Shown: positions 30,328 to 43,000 of the stretch, one piece after another | Numbering within the stretch: the first letter of the stretch is position 1 | Layout of the letters: the number at the start of each line of letters is the position of its first letter | Source of the DNA: Eledone cirrhosa | Taxonomy: Eukaryota | Direction of reading: 5' to 3' | Assembly (NCBI GenBank): GCA_964016885.1 | Contig: OZ024740.1 | Coordinates: forward strand, 1,426,001 to 1,490,000 | DNA: 64,000 bases | Position numbers and translations under genes: made by a program | The notes under the pieces: generated by a model | Seen by the model: only the letters and a program-made list of their open reading frames with translations | Databases searched by the model: none | Told to the model about the DNA's origin: nothing

Positions 30328-30538
30328 CCCTTTAGCATTTAAACCGGCCATATCCGGCCAGAATTCTCTCACCTCTTTCTGTTTAAACCGGCCGTAACTG
30401 GCCGCCTATACTGACATTAAGGTATTATTATCAAAATAGATATCAAAATCTCATACATTTGATATTATGTGAGATAATTATGTAAGATACCACAAAAATA
30501 CAGTAGTATAAATGTAGAGTAATGTAAATAGTAAAGGG
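30328..30538. mobile_element. piggyBac-like MITE (211 bp)
   Basis: TTAA on both flanks. Terminal inverted repeats CCCTTTAGCATTTA / TAAATAGTAAAGGG match at 12 of 14 positions. Confidence 0.75.
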
Positions 30539-30599
30539 TTAATTAAACATTATAAATATCTTATTATTTACATTCTAAAATTCTCTTCCTGTCTTTCAG

Positions 30600-30744
30600 T
30601 TGAACCAAAACAATGCTCCAGACATCAATTCTGTTGATAAGTTTGGCAACACAGCCTTGCACTTGGCTGCACTTCGCAATCACAAGCAAGTTGCTATCCT
30701 TCTTCTTCAGTATGGTATTGATACTTCACTGAAGAATAACAATG
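30600..30744 (+). CDS. OSBPL1A: OSBPL1A/ORP1L-like exon (ankyrin repeat)
   Basis: Acceptor gtctttcag and donor gtttgt. LNQNNAPDINSVDKFGNTALHLAALRNHKQVAILLLQYGIDTSLKNN is a canonical ankyrin repeat resembling ORP1L (recalled as DQLGNTPLHCAAYRAHKQ). Ends in phase 1. Confidence 0.92.
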
Positions 30745-30860
30745 GTTTGTACACCCACACTCTCTTTTGTTGTTTTAACCGTTTTCATACCAAACTCCCT
30801 GGACTGACCCGGGGTCTATGATACAAAACCTTTTATTTTAAGATGTATATATATTTATAT

Positions 30861-30980
30861 GAAGGCACGTTGCTGAGTGGTGAGAGAATTGGATTTGCAA
30901 TTTGGAGGTTGTGAGTTCGATTCCCAGACTGGGCGATGTGTTACGTCATTGAGCAAGACATTTTATTTCATGTTGCTTCT
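30861..30980 (+). mobile_element. tRNA-derived SINE 5' part
   Basis: GCTGAGTGG A-box-like, GAGTTCGATTCCC B-box, then TTGAGCAAGACA. Same family as 31367 and 49604. Confidence 0.7.
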
Positions 30981-31366
30981 TCTGCCTGGACTTGCAACTG
31001 GAAAGTCCAGTGGAAACATTGTTTCCTCACTCCAATTTGATGAGTTCTACTCCTATCATTAACCGAATGAGATCTGAGATCTTCTCCATTCACTGACAAT
31101 ATACTTATTAACAAAAACTCTTTTGTGATAATTGTATGAAACAACTTTTGTTATAACTAACATGCCTCTACTCTGTTATCACGTGGTATAATAATATTTA
31201 TGATATATCAATACTTTCACTCAGATATCATACAATATATATCAGTACTTATGATATAACATACCTTCATTCTGCTATCATATGGTATAACCTTATATAT
31301 GATATATTAATACATTCACTTGGATATCACATGATATAGTATTATCTATGCTGTACTCTACTGTGT

Positions 31367-31617
31367 GAAGGCATGTGGCTTAGTAGTTAGAACATTGAGC
31401 TCACAGTCGTAAGGTTGTGAGTTCAAATCCTAGACTGGGCAGTGCGTTGTTTCACATTGCTCGAGTCCATTCAGCTGTTACGACGTCACTGGACAACATC
31501 GGTGACAGAGAGACTGGTATGCATGGGCAACTGCTGGTCTTCTACAAACACACCTTGCCCAGACTCGTGCCTCAGAGGGGAACTTTCTAGCTGAAAACCC
31601 ATGGTCACTTGTGACCT
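31367..31617 (+). mobile_element. tRNA-derived SINE
   Basis: GAAGGCATGTGGCTTAGTAGTTAGA head followed by GAGTTCAAATCC. Confidence 0.65.
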
Positions 31618-31806
31618 ATTCTACTGTGATATTCTGTAATAACATGTATAGTGTAACATTCTACTACCATATGATATGACCTTGTGTTTGATATAACACT
31701 GTGTTAGGTCATATCGTACAGCAATATTTAAGACTTAAGGAACTCTGACAATGATGATAACATAGTTGATAAAGGGGAGATTTGTTGTAACAATGAATAT
31801 CATATG

Positions 31807-31925
31807 ATACCTCTTGTTATCACATAATACCTGATGTTATCACATGATACCTCTTGTTATCACTTGATACCTGATGTTACCACATGATACCTGATGTTAT
31901 CACATGATACCTGATGTTATCACAC
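31807..31925. repeat. 20-bp minisatellite, about 6 copies
   Basis: Tandem ATACCTGATGTTATCACATG units upstream of the 31997 acceptor. Confidence 0.85.
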
Positions 31926-31996
31926 ATTAACTATTGGTGTTGTTGTCACATCTTACCTGTTGTTGTTGTCACATCTTACCTGTTGCTATGTTCCAG

Positions 31997-32109
31997 GTCA
32001 GCGTGCTGTTGATTTAACCACCTCCCCCCACATGAGACACCTGTTAAATGTGCGCCCAGTACAAGACATTCCAGTGCAATCAGTCAGACAGGAAGGTCCT
32101 ATTCTTAAG
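31997..32109 (+). CDS. OSBPL1A: OSBPL1A/ORP1L-like exon (ankyrin end to PH start)
   Basis: Acceptor ttccag and donor gtgaga. Encodes (G)QRAVDLTTSPHMRHLLNVRPVQDIPVQSVRQEGPILK. EGPILK matches the first PH strand. Phase 1 in, phase 0 out. Confidence 0.9.
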
Positions 32110-32510
32110 GTGAGAATATCATCAGATATCACATGACTATATTTACTGAGATTATTTACTATATTCATCATCATCATCAGCACCACCACCACCATCACCA
32201 TCACCATCAGCATCCACGTCCACAACTCTAACCATGTACAATTCATACCAGACACAGACGGCTGACTCATCAAGAAGGGCAGTAACTCTGACTCATGAAC
32301 AAGGGCAATAACTCTGTATAAGAATTGGACTGACAATGTATCCAATCTAGTTTATAGGGGACAGGGACGTGTGTAATTCTGATGTAGACCCCTAGCTTGT
32401 CAGGACACTTGGTAGAGTGTAGGAACACATGTGGACCCCTAGCTTGGTAGAGTGAACTCTTTTAAACTGATATCAAAAACATTTCTCATATTCTTTTATC
32501 TTCTCCCCAG

Positions 32511-32584
32511 AAAACCAGATTTTTTGGCTTCAAATCCCTCTGGATGGTCTTAGAAAAGGGCATTCTTTCATATTTCAGCAACAG
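32511..32584 (+). CDS. OSBPL1A: OSBPL1A/ORP1L-like exon (PH domain)
   Basis: Polypyrimidine tract with cag acceptor and gtaaga donor. KTRFFGFKSLWMVLEKGILSYFSN(R) resembles ORP1L SSRFFGWRLFWVVLEHGVLSWY. Phase 0 in, phase 2 out. Confidence 0.93.
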
Positions 32585-32650
32585 GTAAGAATTTTATATT
32601 TTCACAAAATATTGGTGCCAGAGAAGGAACTAATAAAACAATACTGAATC

Positions 32651-32838
32651 TATGAGGGTCAACTGAGAAGTTCATGGGCTGACTGTGAAGGAGTGATGCT
32701 AGAGCTGTGAAATCTTGTTTTCCTTAATTCCAACTCTTCTTATTAATGACTGTATTGTTTCTTTCCGGGGACTATGTTGAAAAATAAACCTTATTTGGTC
32801 ATTCCATGAGAGTATCTTGGTCAGCCTATGATACTCTG
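32651..32838. mobile_element. degenerate mariner-like MITE
   Basis: Starts TATGAGGG. GAGAAGTTCATGGGCTGAC is inverted against GTCAGCCTATGATACTCT. Confidence 0.4.
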
Positions 32839-32848
32839 TCTTTCTCTT

Positions 32849-32884
<36 letters not shown>

Positions 32885-33022
32885 AAGAGAGAGAGAGAGA
32901 GATATGTAAAATCCCAACCGCTGCACACAAGCTGAAACCACTTGGCGCTGCGGTCAGGATTTTCTAGTCTGCATCTTCCCATGATTAGTGGTCTCGTCAG
33001 TCTCATCACCGCAGATTCTCTC

Positions 33023-33073
<51 letters not shown>

Positions 33074-33077
33074 ACGT

Positions 33078-33132
<55 letters not shown>

Positions 33133-33299
33133 AGTATGTATACGTACATACATATATTTATACAGACGTACAGTAGTATGTATATATATATACATACTAC
33201 TGTACGTCTGTATACATATATGTATGTACGTATACATACTTATATTTAAGTAACAGCCGTACTGAGAGTGAGAAATGAAATTTTGTTTCATTTTTTCCG

Positions 33300-33388
<89 letters not shown>

Positions 33389-33430
33389 GTATATGGCAGA
33401 TTTATCTACATATATACGTATATATGTATA
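32838..33430. repeat. (CT)n/(TA)n/(GA)n microsatellite cluster
   Basis: Long interrupted (TA)n runs are directly visible. Confidence 0.9.
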
Positions 33431-33431
33431 T

Positions 33432-33769
33432 TTGCCTAAGTGCAAAGCGAAACCTACAGTCAGTAGGCACTTCTTAACCAAAATACACCCCCTTCCCACT
33501 ACCCCCACAACATCCAGTCCTAAATAAATGAGGTCATGTAGGTCTCACGACAAAAAAACACACAGTCCATGCTGTAATGTGGCCGTGTAGGTAACACGGT
33601 AAAAACCTCCAGTCCACACTGTAAACGTGGTTGGTGTTAGGAAGGGCATCCAGCCATAGGAAACCTGCCAGACAGTCCTATACGAGCAAGACAACCAATC
33701 TTGCCTCAAGTGGGAAAATTCCCGTCCAAACCCATGCTAGCGTGGAAGATGGACGTTAAACAATGATGA

Positions 33770-33772
<3 letters not shown>
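33432..33772 (+). mobile_element. RTE LINE 3' UTR fragment
   Basis: Reverse complement of about 53624-54010. Ends in (ATG)n. Confidence 0.85.
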
Positions 33773-33813
<41 letters not shown>

Positions 33814-33814
33814 T

Positions 33815-34090
33815 TCATAAACAAACTAAGTGAGAAATTAGGAATAAGAGGGATCAGATGCAATTTACTTGAGAGGAAATTATGTTGGTATGGACATGTG
33901 ATGTGCATGAAAGACGACAGCTGTATAAAAAAGTGCAGGGCGATCAAAATTGATGGAAGCTACGAAATGGGTAGACCCAGAAGAACCTGGGACGAGGTGA
34001 TAAAAACTGACCTTGCACACTTACACCTCTCTTAAACAATGTCACTGGATTGAGATCTTTGTCGCTATGCAGTAATACAGAAGATCTGCC
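33815..34090 (+). mobile_element. RTE LINE ORF C-terminal fragment
   Basis: KLSEKLGIRGIRCNLLERKLCWYGHVMCMKDD...GRPRRTW, the same family as 54001-54408. Confidence 0.85.
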
Positions 34091-34099
34091 TTCCCTCAC

Positions 34100-35211
34100 A
34101 TCTTTAACAAAGCTATATATAGTGGGCACCTGTACAGTATATTTTCCGTTGTAGGATCAGAAATTACGATTAAAGATTAGAAATGTAAAATTTATGTTTA
34201 GAATAAAATGATGTCATTTAAGATGAGATTAGAAAAGTAAGATTTAGGTTTAAAGTTGGGAGATTTAGTTAAAGAATTTACAGAAGGAGGCGTTTATGAA
34301 AAGGTTAATTGTATTATTGATAGTCACGATAAAGTTTCAGGGTAGAATATAAAGTCAGGACTAAGCCCATGTTTGGCGGTCAGTAACCAGCGAAGTTGTG
34401 GACTCTCAGCCCACCTGGGACCCAATGGCGTGTCAACCATTCCGAGTATTTTTGTCTATCGAAAAAAAGGGAAATTTATTTTTCGAAGCACTCCAGGAAT
34501 GTTAACCTTCCTAGAGTGATCGGAAAAATAAATTTCCCCTTCTTTCGGTAAACGAAAATACTCGGAATGGTTGTTACGCCCTGGGGCCCTGGGTGGGCTT
34601 GGAATCCGCCGTGCCACCGGTTATTGACCGCCAAACAATATTTTTGAATTCTAGGCTTAATCATAACTTTAAAATTTATCATACCTCCTTCTACTAGCCC
34701 TTTAACTAAATCCCCCACCAGTGTGAATAACTAAGAAACGTTTGGTATACATGATGATCAGCCGAACGTGGCAGGCTTCCCGCTAACACCCAGCGCTTGA
34801 GACAGTTAACATTCCCGGAGTGCTTGGAAAAATAAATTTCCCTTTCTTTCGGTAGACAAAAATACTCGGAATGGTTGACACGCCATTGGGTCCCAGGTGG
34901 GCTGAGAGTCCACAACTTCGCTGGTTACTGACCGCCAAACATGGGCTTAGTCCTGACTTTATATTCTACCCTGAAACTTTACCGTGACTATCAATAATAC
35001 AATTAACCTTTTCATAAACGCCTCCTTCTGTAAATTCTTTAACTAAATCTCCCAACTTTAAACCTAAATCTTACTTTTCTAATCTCATCTTAAATGACAT
35101 CATTTTATTCTAAACATAAATTTTACATTTCTAATCTTTAATCGTAATTTCTGATCCTACAACGGAAAATATACTGTACAGGTGCCCACTATATATAGCT
35201 TTGTTAAAGAT
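34100..35211. repeat. foldback: ~407-bp inverted repeat with a ~300-bp spacer
   Basis: 34100-34506 is the near-exact reverse complement of 34805-35211. Confidence 0.95.
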
Positions 35212-35482
35212 ATATATGTTTTTTTTTTAAATATATTTCTTAACACTTTTTAGCACTCCTGACCAACTTCAATGTAACCTGATCCCACCGCTAGCCTCTG
35301 TCCGTGATGGGGTGGTAGTAGTACACTATAAGCTTACGCCCCTTCACCAGAAAGGCATAAGAAGAATTGGTAGTCCTCACTTGAGGGCGGCCGACCAAAC
35401 TAGAAACTACTAAATGTTTGGCCACCTTCTTGTGTTTCTGCCTTTTCAGCCCCATGGATTATATTCCTTTGTTAAATTTTGA

Positions 35483-35540
35483 ATACCTGATGATATCACC
35501 GGATTCATACTGAACCCGGTCATTGAAATGTTCATAGTAT
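35483..35540 (+). ncRNA. minimal type I hammerhead ribozyme motif, possibly degenerate
   Basis: Stem I ATAC/GTAT, core CTGATGA (35487-35493), stem II ACCGGATTCA/TGAACCCGGT, GAAA (35525-35528), short stem III and an AUA cleavage triplet. Confidence 0.6.
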
Positions 35541-35749
35541 AATAAACCTTTAAGGAATTACACCAGTCCAGCCTCCTGTTATTTTATAATAATTACCTCC
35601 ATACTCTCCGTACTCGCACCACCAACAACACAAACGAAGACGGGTGAGTTGCATTACGTCGGGTGCTCTCCCTAATATTACATCCAGGTTGACCATACGG
35701 AATGACCAGTTCTATCCAGTGGTGAACCAACAAACAGAAATAAATATAT

Positions 35750-35995
35750 CATCATCATCATCATTTAACGTCTATCTTCCATGCTAGCATGGGTTAGACA
35801 GGAATTGTCCCACGTGAGGCAAGATTGGTCGTCTCGCTCGTATGGGACTGTTTGGCAGGTTTTCTACGGCTGGATACCCTTCCTAACACCAACCACGTTT
35901 ACAGTGTGGACTCGGAGGTTTTTACCGTGTTACCTACACGGCCACATGACACCTACATGACCTTATTTATTTAGGACTGGATGTTGTGGTACCAA
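35750..35995 (-). mobile_element. RTE LINE 3' UTR fragment
   Basis: (CAT)n followed by TTAACGTCTATCTTCCATGCTAGCATGGG. Matches 53624-53900. Confidence 0.85.
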
Positions 35996-36084
35996 CATAA
36001 CTTTACAATATATATATATACTAAAGAACTACTATTTGATATTAAAGTAATCATGTGTGTGTCTGTTTCTGTATTTATCATCAG

Positions 36085-36148
36085 AGGTGATGCCAGTACA
36101 GGTACTCGCAGGAAAGGTATGAAATATTTGGACCATGCAACTATTGAG
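36085..36148 (+). CDS. OSBPL1A: OSBPL1A/ORP1L-like exon (PH domain)
   Basis: Acceptor atcatcag and donor gtgagt. Encodes GDASTGTRRKGMKYLDHATIE. Phase 2 in, phase 0 out. Confidence 0.88.
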
Positions 36149-36644
36149 GTGAGTTACTGTGGTTTCTGGGGATTACATAAGCCACATCATCATCATCACC
36201 AATATCATCATCATTACTGAAATTATCACCATCATTGCCCAACATCGTCACCACCACCACAATATAATTCTTTTATTGTTTTCCTGTATACAGTCATTGG
36301 AGTGTGGTCACACCTGGGTACACATCTTCTAAATTAGAGTGGAATACATCACATTCCACCCCAACAACACCCTGCATTACCCCCCTTAGTATACAATACT
36401 CCACCCAACAACAACCCACTCCATTCCACGCCACTCACCCCTCTCCACGACACCCTACCCACCCCATTCCATACCCCCCCCCCCCTGATCCCCCCCTCCC
36501 CCCACAGTACCTATCTTATGAATCCCTTGAAAGGATTAAAACTAGAGTTTGACATAGATGGGATTTCATGTGAGAATGTTGAAGGGGTGGAAGGTGACGT
36601 CTAGCATGGTTGACTGGTTCTGGTAGAGCTGTGGTCAGTGATGC

Positions 36645-36915
36645 TGAGAAATGGGGGGGGAGTGAAGAATAGAATGAGAAAGAGAAGGGGGTAGTGAGAT
36701 AGAAAGAGAGAGAGGAGGTGAGGAGAAATAGAAGGGAGGCAGTGAAAAAGAGGGGGGGGGGGGTGATGTGAAAGAGAGAGGGAGGGAGGAGTGTAGTGAG
36801 ATAGAGGGGGAGGGAGGAGTGTAGTGAGAGAGAGAGAGAGGGAGGAGTGAAGTGAGAGAGAGAGGGAGGGGGAGGAGTGTAGTGAGAGAGAGAGAAGGAG
36901 AGAGGAGTGAGAGAA
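36645..36915. repeat. purine-rich low-complexity tract
   Basis: G/A-rich with recurring GGAGTGTAGTGAGA units. Preceded by a C-rich tract at about 36350-36505. Confidence 0.8.
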
Positions 36916-37069
36916 CAAGAAGTACTAGTTTGTGAATAGTAGATACTAGATGTCTTATCACAGTAATGGAGCAAAACTGGAGGAATTTTAGTAAATATTT
37001 TAGTCTGTTATATTTTAACACTGACTAAACTTTCTGGAATACTAAAAGAAAGGAAATGTCAAGGTTAGA

Positions 37070-40000
37070 GTGAGATGTGTGTGTACTGCACCTTACCACT
37101 ACGTGAGATGTGTGTGTACTGCACCTTACCACTACGTGAGATGTGTGTGTACTGCGCCTTACCACTACGTGAGATGTGTGTGTACTGCACCTTACCACTA
37201 CGTGAGATGTGTGTACTGCAGCTTACCACTACGTGAGATGTGTGTGTACTGCACCTAACCACTACGTGAGATGTGTGTACTGCAACTTACCACTACGTGA
37301 GATGTGTGTGTACTGCACCTTACCACTACGTGAGATGTGTGTGTACTGCACCTTACCACTACGTGAGATGTGTGTGTACTGCACCTTACCACTACCTGAG
37401 ATGTGTGTGTACTGCACCTTACCACTACGTGAGATGTGTGTACTGCAGCTTACCACTACGTGAGATGTGTGTGTACTGCACCTTACCACTACGTGAGATG
37501 TGTGTGTACTGCACCTTACCACTACGTGCGATGTGTGTGTACTGCACCTTACCACTACGTGAGATGTGTGTGTACTGCACCTTACCACTACGTGAGATGT
37601 GTGTGTACTGCAGCTTACCACTACGTGAGATGTGTGTGTACTGCACCTTACCACTACGTGAGATGTGTGTGTACTGCACCTTACCACTACGTGAGATGTG
37701 TGTGTACTGCACCTTACCACTACGTGAGATGTGTGTGTACTGCACCTTACCACTACGTGAGATGTGTGTACTGCACCTTACCACTACGTGAGATGTGTGT
37801 GTGGTGCACCTTACCACTACGTGAGATGTGTGTGTACTGCACCTTACCACTACGTGAGATGTGTGTGTACTGCACCTTACCACTACGTGAGATGTGTGTA
37901 CTGCAGCTTGCCACTACGTGAGATGTGTGTGTACTGCACCTTACCACTACGTGAGATGTGTGTGTACTGCACCTTACCACTACGTGAGATATGTGTGTAC
38001 TGCACCTTACCACTACGTGAGATGTGTGTGTACTGCACCTTACCACTACGTGAGATGTGTGTACTGCAGCTTACCACTACGTGAGATGTGTGTGTACTGC
38101 ACCTTACCACTACGTGAGATGTGTGTACTGCACCTTACCACTACGTGAGATGTGTGTGTACTGCACCTTACCACTACGTGAGATGTGTGTGTACTGCACT
38201 TACAACTACGTGACATGTGTGTGTACTGCACCTTACCACTACGTGAGATGTGTGTACTGCACTTACCACTACGTGAGATGTGTGTGTACTGCACCTTACC
38301 ACTATGTGACATGTGTGTGTACTGCACCTTACCACTACGTGAGATGTGTGTGTACTGCACCTTACCACTACGTGAGATGTGTGTGTACTGCACCTTACCA
38401 CTACGTGAGATGTATGTGTACTGCACTTACCACTACGTGAGATGTGTGTGTACTGCACCTTACCACTACGTGAGATGTGTGTGTACTGCACCTTACCACT
38501 ACGTGAGATGTATGTGTACTGCACTTACCACTACGTGAGATGTGTGTGTACTGCACCTTACCACTACGTGAGATGTGTGTGTACTGCACCTTACCACTAC
38601 GTGAGATGTATGTGTACTGCACTTGCCACTACGTGAGATGTGTGTGTACTGCACCTTACCACTACGTGAGATGTGTGTGTACTGCACCTTACCACTACGT
38701 GAGATGTATGTGTACTGCACCTTACCACTACGTGAGATGTATGTGTACTGCACTTACCACTACGTGAGATGTGTGTGTACTGCACCTTACCACTACGTGA
38801 GATGTGTGTGTACTGCACCTTACCACTACGTGAGATGTGTGTACTGCACCTTACCACTACGTGAGATGTGTGTACTGCATCTTACCACTACGTGAGATGT
38901 GTGTGTACTGCACCTTACCACTACGTGAGATGTGTGTACTGCACTTACCACTACGTGAGATGTGTGTGTACTGCACCTTACCACTACGTGAGATGTGTGT
39001 GTACTGCACCTTACCACTACGTGAGATGTGTGTGTACTGCACCTTACCACTACGTGAGATGTGTGTGTACTGCACCTTACCACTACGTGAGATGTATGTG
39101 TACTGCACTTACCACTACGTGAGATGTGTGTGTACTGCACCTTACCACTACGTGAGATGTGTGCGTACTGCACCTTACCACTACGTGAGATGTGTGCGTA
39201 CTGCACCTTACCACTACGTGAGATGTGTGTGTACTGCACCTGACCACTACGTGAGATGTGTGCGTACTGCACCTTACCACTACGTGAGATGAGTGTGTAC
39301 TGCACCTTACCACTACGTGAGATGTATGTGTACTGCACTTACCACTACGTGAGATGTGTGTGTACTGCACCTTACCACTACGTGAGATGTGTGTGTACTT
39401 CACCTTACCACTACGTGAGATGTGTGCGTACTGCACCTTACCACTACGTGAGATGTGTGCGTACTGCACCTTACCACTACGTGAGATGTGTGTGTACTGC
39501 ACCTTACCACTACGTGAGATGTGTGTGTACTGCACCTTACCACTACGTGAGATGTGTGTGTACTGCACCTTACCACTACGTGAGATGTGTGTGTACTGCA
39601 CCTTACCACTACGTGAGATGTGTGTGTACTGCACCTTACCACTACGTGAGATGTGTGTGTACTGCACCTTACCACTATGTGATATGTGTGTGTACTGCAC
39701 CTTACCACTACGTGAGATGTCTGTGTACTGCACCTTACCACTATGTGAGATGTGTGTGTACTGCACCTTACCACTACGTGATATGTGTGTGTACTGCACC
39801 TTACCACTATGTGATATGTGTGTGTACTGCACCTTACCACTACGTGAGATGTGTGTGTACTGCACCTTACCACTACGTGAGATGTGTGTACTGCACCTTA
39901 CCACTACATGAGATGTGTGTGTACTGCACCTTACCACTACGTGAGATGTGTGTAATGCACCTTACCACTACGTGAGATGTATGTGTACTGCACCTTACCA

Positions 40001-43000
40001 CTATGTGAGATGTGTGTACTGCACCTTACCACTACGTGAGATGTGTTTACTGCACCTTACCACTACGTGAGATGTGTGTGTACTGCACCTTACCACTACG
40101 TGAGATGTGTGTGTACTGCACCTTACCACTACGTGAGATGTGTGTACTGCACCTTACAACTACGTGAGATGTGTGTGTACTGCACCTTACCACTACGTGA
40201 GATGTGTGTACTGCACCTTACCACTACGTGAGATGTGTGTACTGCACCTTACAACTACGTGAGATGTGTGTGTACTGCACCTTACCACTATGTGAGATGT
40301 GTGTGTACTGCACCTTACCACTGCGTGAGATGTGTGTACTGCACCTTACAACTACGTGAGATGTGTGTGTACTGCACCTTACCACTACGTGAGATGTGTG
40401 TGTACTGCACCTTACCACTACGTGAGATGTGTGTGTACTGCACCTTACCACTACGTGAGATGTGTGTGTACTGCACCTTACCACTACGTGAGATGTGTGT
40501 ACTGCACCTTACAACTACGTGAGATGTGTGTGTACTGCACCTTACCACTACGTGACATGTGTGTACTGCACCTTACAACTGCGTGAGATGTGTGTGTACT
40601 GCACCTTACGACTACATGAGATGTGTGTGTACTGCACCTTACCACTACGTGAGATGTGTGTACTGCACCTTACCACTACGTGAGATATGTGTATTGCACC
40701 TTCCCACTACATGAGATGTGTGTGTACTGCACCTTACCACTACGTGAGATGTGTTTGTACTGCACCTTACCACTACGTGAGATGTGTGTGTACTGCACCT
40801 TACCACTACGTGAGATGTGTGTACTGCACCTTAACACTACGTGAGATGTGTGTACTGCACCTTGCCACTACGTGAGATGTGTGTATTGCACCTTACCACT
40901 ACATGAGATGTGTGTGTACTGCACCTTACCACTATGTGAGATGTGTGTGTACTGCACCTTACCACTACGTGAGATATATGTATTGCACCTTACCACTACA
41001 TGAGATGTGTGTGTACTGCACCTTACCACTATTTGAGATGTGTGTACTGCACCTTACAACCACGTGAGATGTGTGTGTACTGCACCTTACCACTACGTGA
41101 GATGTGTGTGTACTGCACCTTACCACTACGTGAGATGTGTGTGTACTGTACCTTACCACTACGTGAGATGTGTGTGTACTGCACCTTACCACTACGTGAG
41201 ATATGTTTACTGCACCTTACCACTACGTGAGATGTGTGTACTGCACCTTACCACTACGTGAGATGTGTGTACTGCACCTTACCACTACGAGAGATGTGTG
41301 TGTACTGCACCTTACCACTACGTGAGACGTGTGTACTGCACCTTAACACTATGTGAGACGTGTGTACTGCACCTTACCACTACGTGAGATGTGTGTACTG
41401 CACCTTACCACTACGTGAGATGTGTGTGTACTGCACCTTACCACTACATGAGATGTGTGTGTACTGCACCTTACCACTACGTGAGATGTGTGTGTACTGC
41501 ACCTTACCACTACGTGAGATGTGTGTACTGCACCTTACCACTATGTGAGATGTTTGACTGCACCTTACCACTATGTGAGATGTGTGTGTACTGCACCTTA
41601 CCACTACGTGAGATGTGTGTGTACTGCACCTTACCACTACGTGAGATGTGTGTGTACTGCACTTTACCACTACGTGAGATGTGTGTATTGCACCTTACCA
41701 CTACATGAGATGTGTGTGTTCTGCACCTTCCCACTACGTGAGATGTGTGTGTACTGCACCTTACCACTATGTGAGATGTGTGTACTGCTACTTACAACTA
41801 TGTGAGATGTGTGTGTACTGCACCTTACCACTACGTGAGATGTGTGTGTACTGCAACTTACCACTACGTGAGATGTGTGTGTACTGCACCTTACCACTAC
41901 GTGAGATGTGTGTGTACTGCACCTTACCACTACGTGAGATGTCTGTGTACTGCACCTTACCACTACGTGAGATGTATGTGTACTGCACCTTACCACTACG
42001 TGAGATGTGTGTACTGCACCTTACCACTACGTGAGATGTGTGTACTGCACCTTAACACTACGTGAGATGTGTGTACTGCACCTTACAACTACGTGAGATG
42101 TGTGTGTACTGCACCTTACCACTACGTGAGATGTGTGTGTACTGCACCTTACCACTAAGTGAGATGTGTGTACTACACCTTGCCACTACGTGAGATATGT
42201 TTACTGCACCTTACCACTACGTGAGATGTGTGTACTGCACCTTACCACTACGTGAGATGTGTGTGTACTGCACCTTACAACTACGTGAGATGTGTGTGTA
42301 CTGCACCTTACCACTACGTGAGATGTGTGTGTACTGCACCTTACCACTACGTGAGATGTGTGTGCTGCACCTTACCACTACGTGAGATGTGTGTACTGCA
42401 TCTTACCACTATGTGAGATGTATGTGTACTGCACCTTACCACTACGTGAGATGCGTGTGTACTGCACCTTACCACTACGTGAGATGTGTGTGTACTGCAC
42501 CTTACCACTACATGAGATGTATGTGTACTGCACCTTACCACTACGTGAGATGTATGTGTACTGCACCTTACCACTACGTGAGATGTGTGTGTACTGCACC
42601 TTACCACTACGTGAGATGTATGTACTGCACCTTACCACTACTTGAGATGTATGTGTACTGCACCTTACCGCTACGTGAGATGTGTGTGTACTGCACCTTA
42701 CCACTATGTGAGATGTGTGTGTACTGCACCTTACCACTACGTGAGATGTGTGTACTGCACCTTACCACTACGTAAGATGTGTGTAATGCACCTTACCACT
42801 ACGTGAGATGTGTGTGTACTGCACCTTACCACTACTTGAGATGTGTTTACTGCACCTTACAACTACGTGAGATGTGTGTACTGCATCTTACCACTACGTG
42901 AGATGTGTGTACTGCATCTTACCACTACGTGAGATGTGTGTGTACTGCACCTTACCACTACGTGAGATGTGTTTACTGCACCTTACCACTATGTGAGATG

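Noticed and set aside
30861-31445. tRNA genes at the A/B-box motifs (also near 49604)
   Set aside because: No complete cloverleaf is evident, and the motifs continue into SINE body sequence.
31998-32345. 115-aa minus-strand ORF
   Set aside because: It is antisense to a real exon plus a (CAT/CAC)n tract and has no domain features.
32988-33508. YI-repeat ORFs
   Set aside because: They are (TA)n microsatellite translations.
36304-37021. Pro/Ser/Leu-rich ORFs
   Set aside because: They come from low-complexity C-rich and GA-rich tracts, with no splice-phase fit to the host gene.
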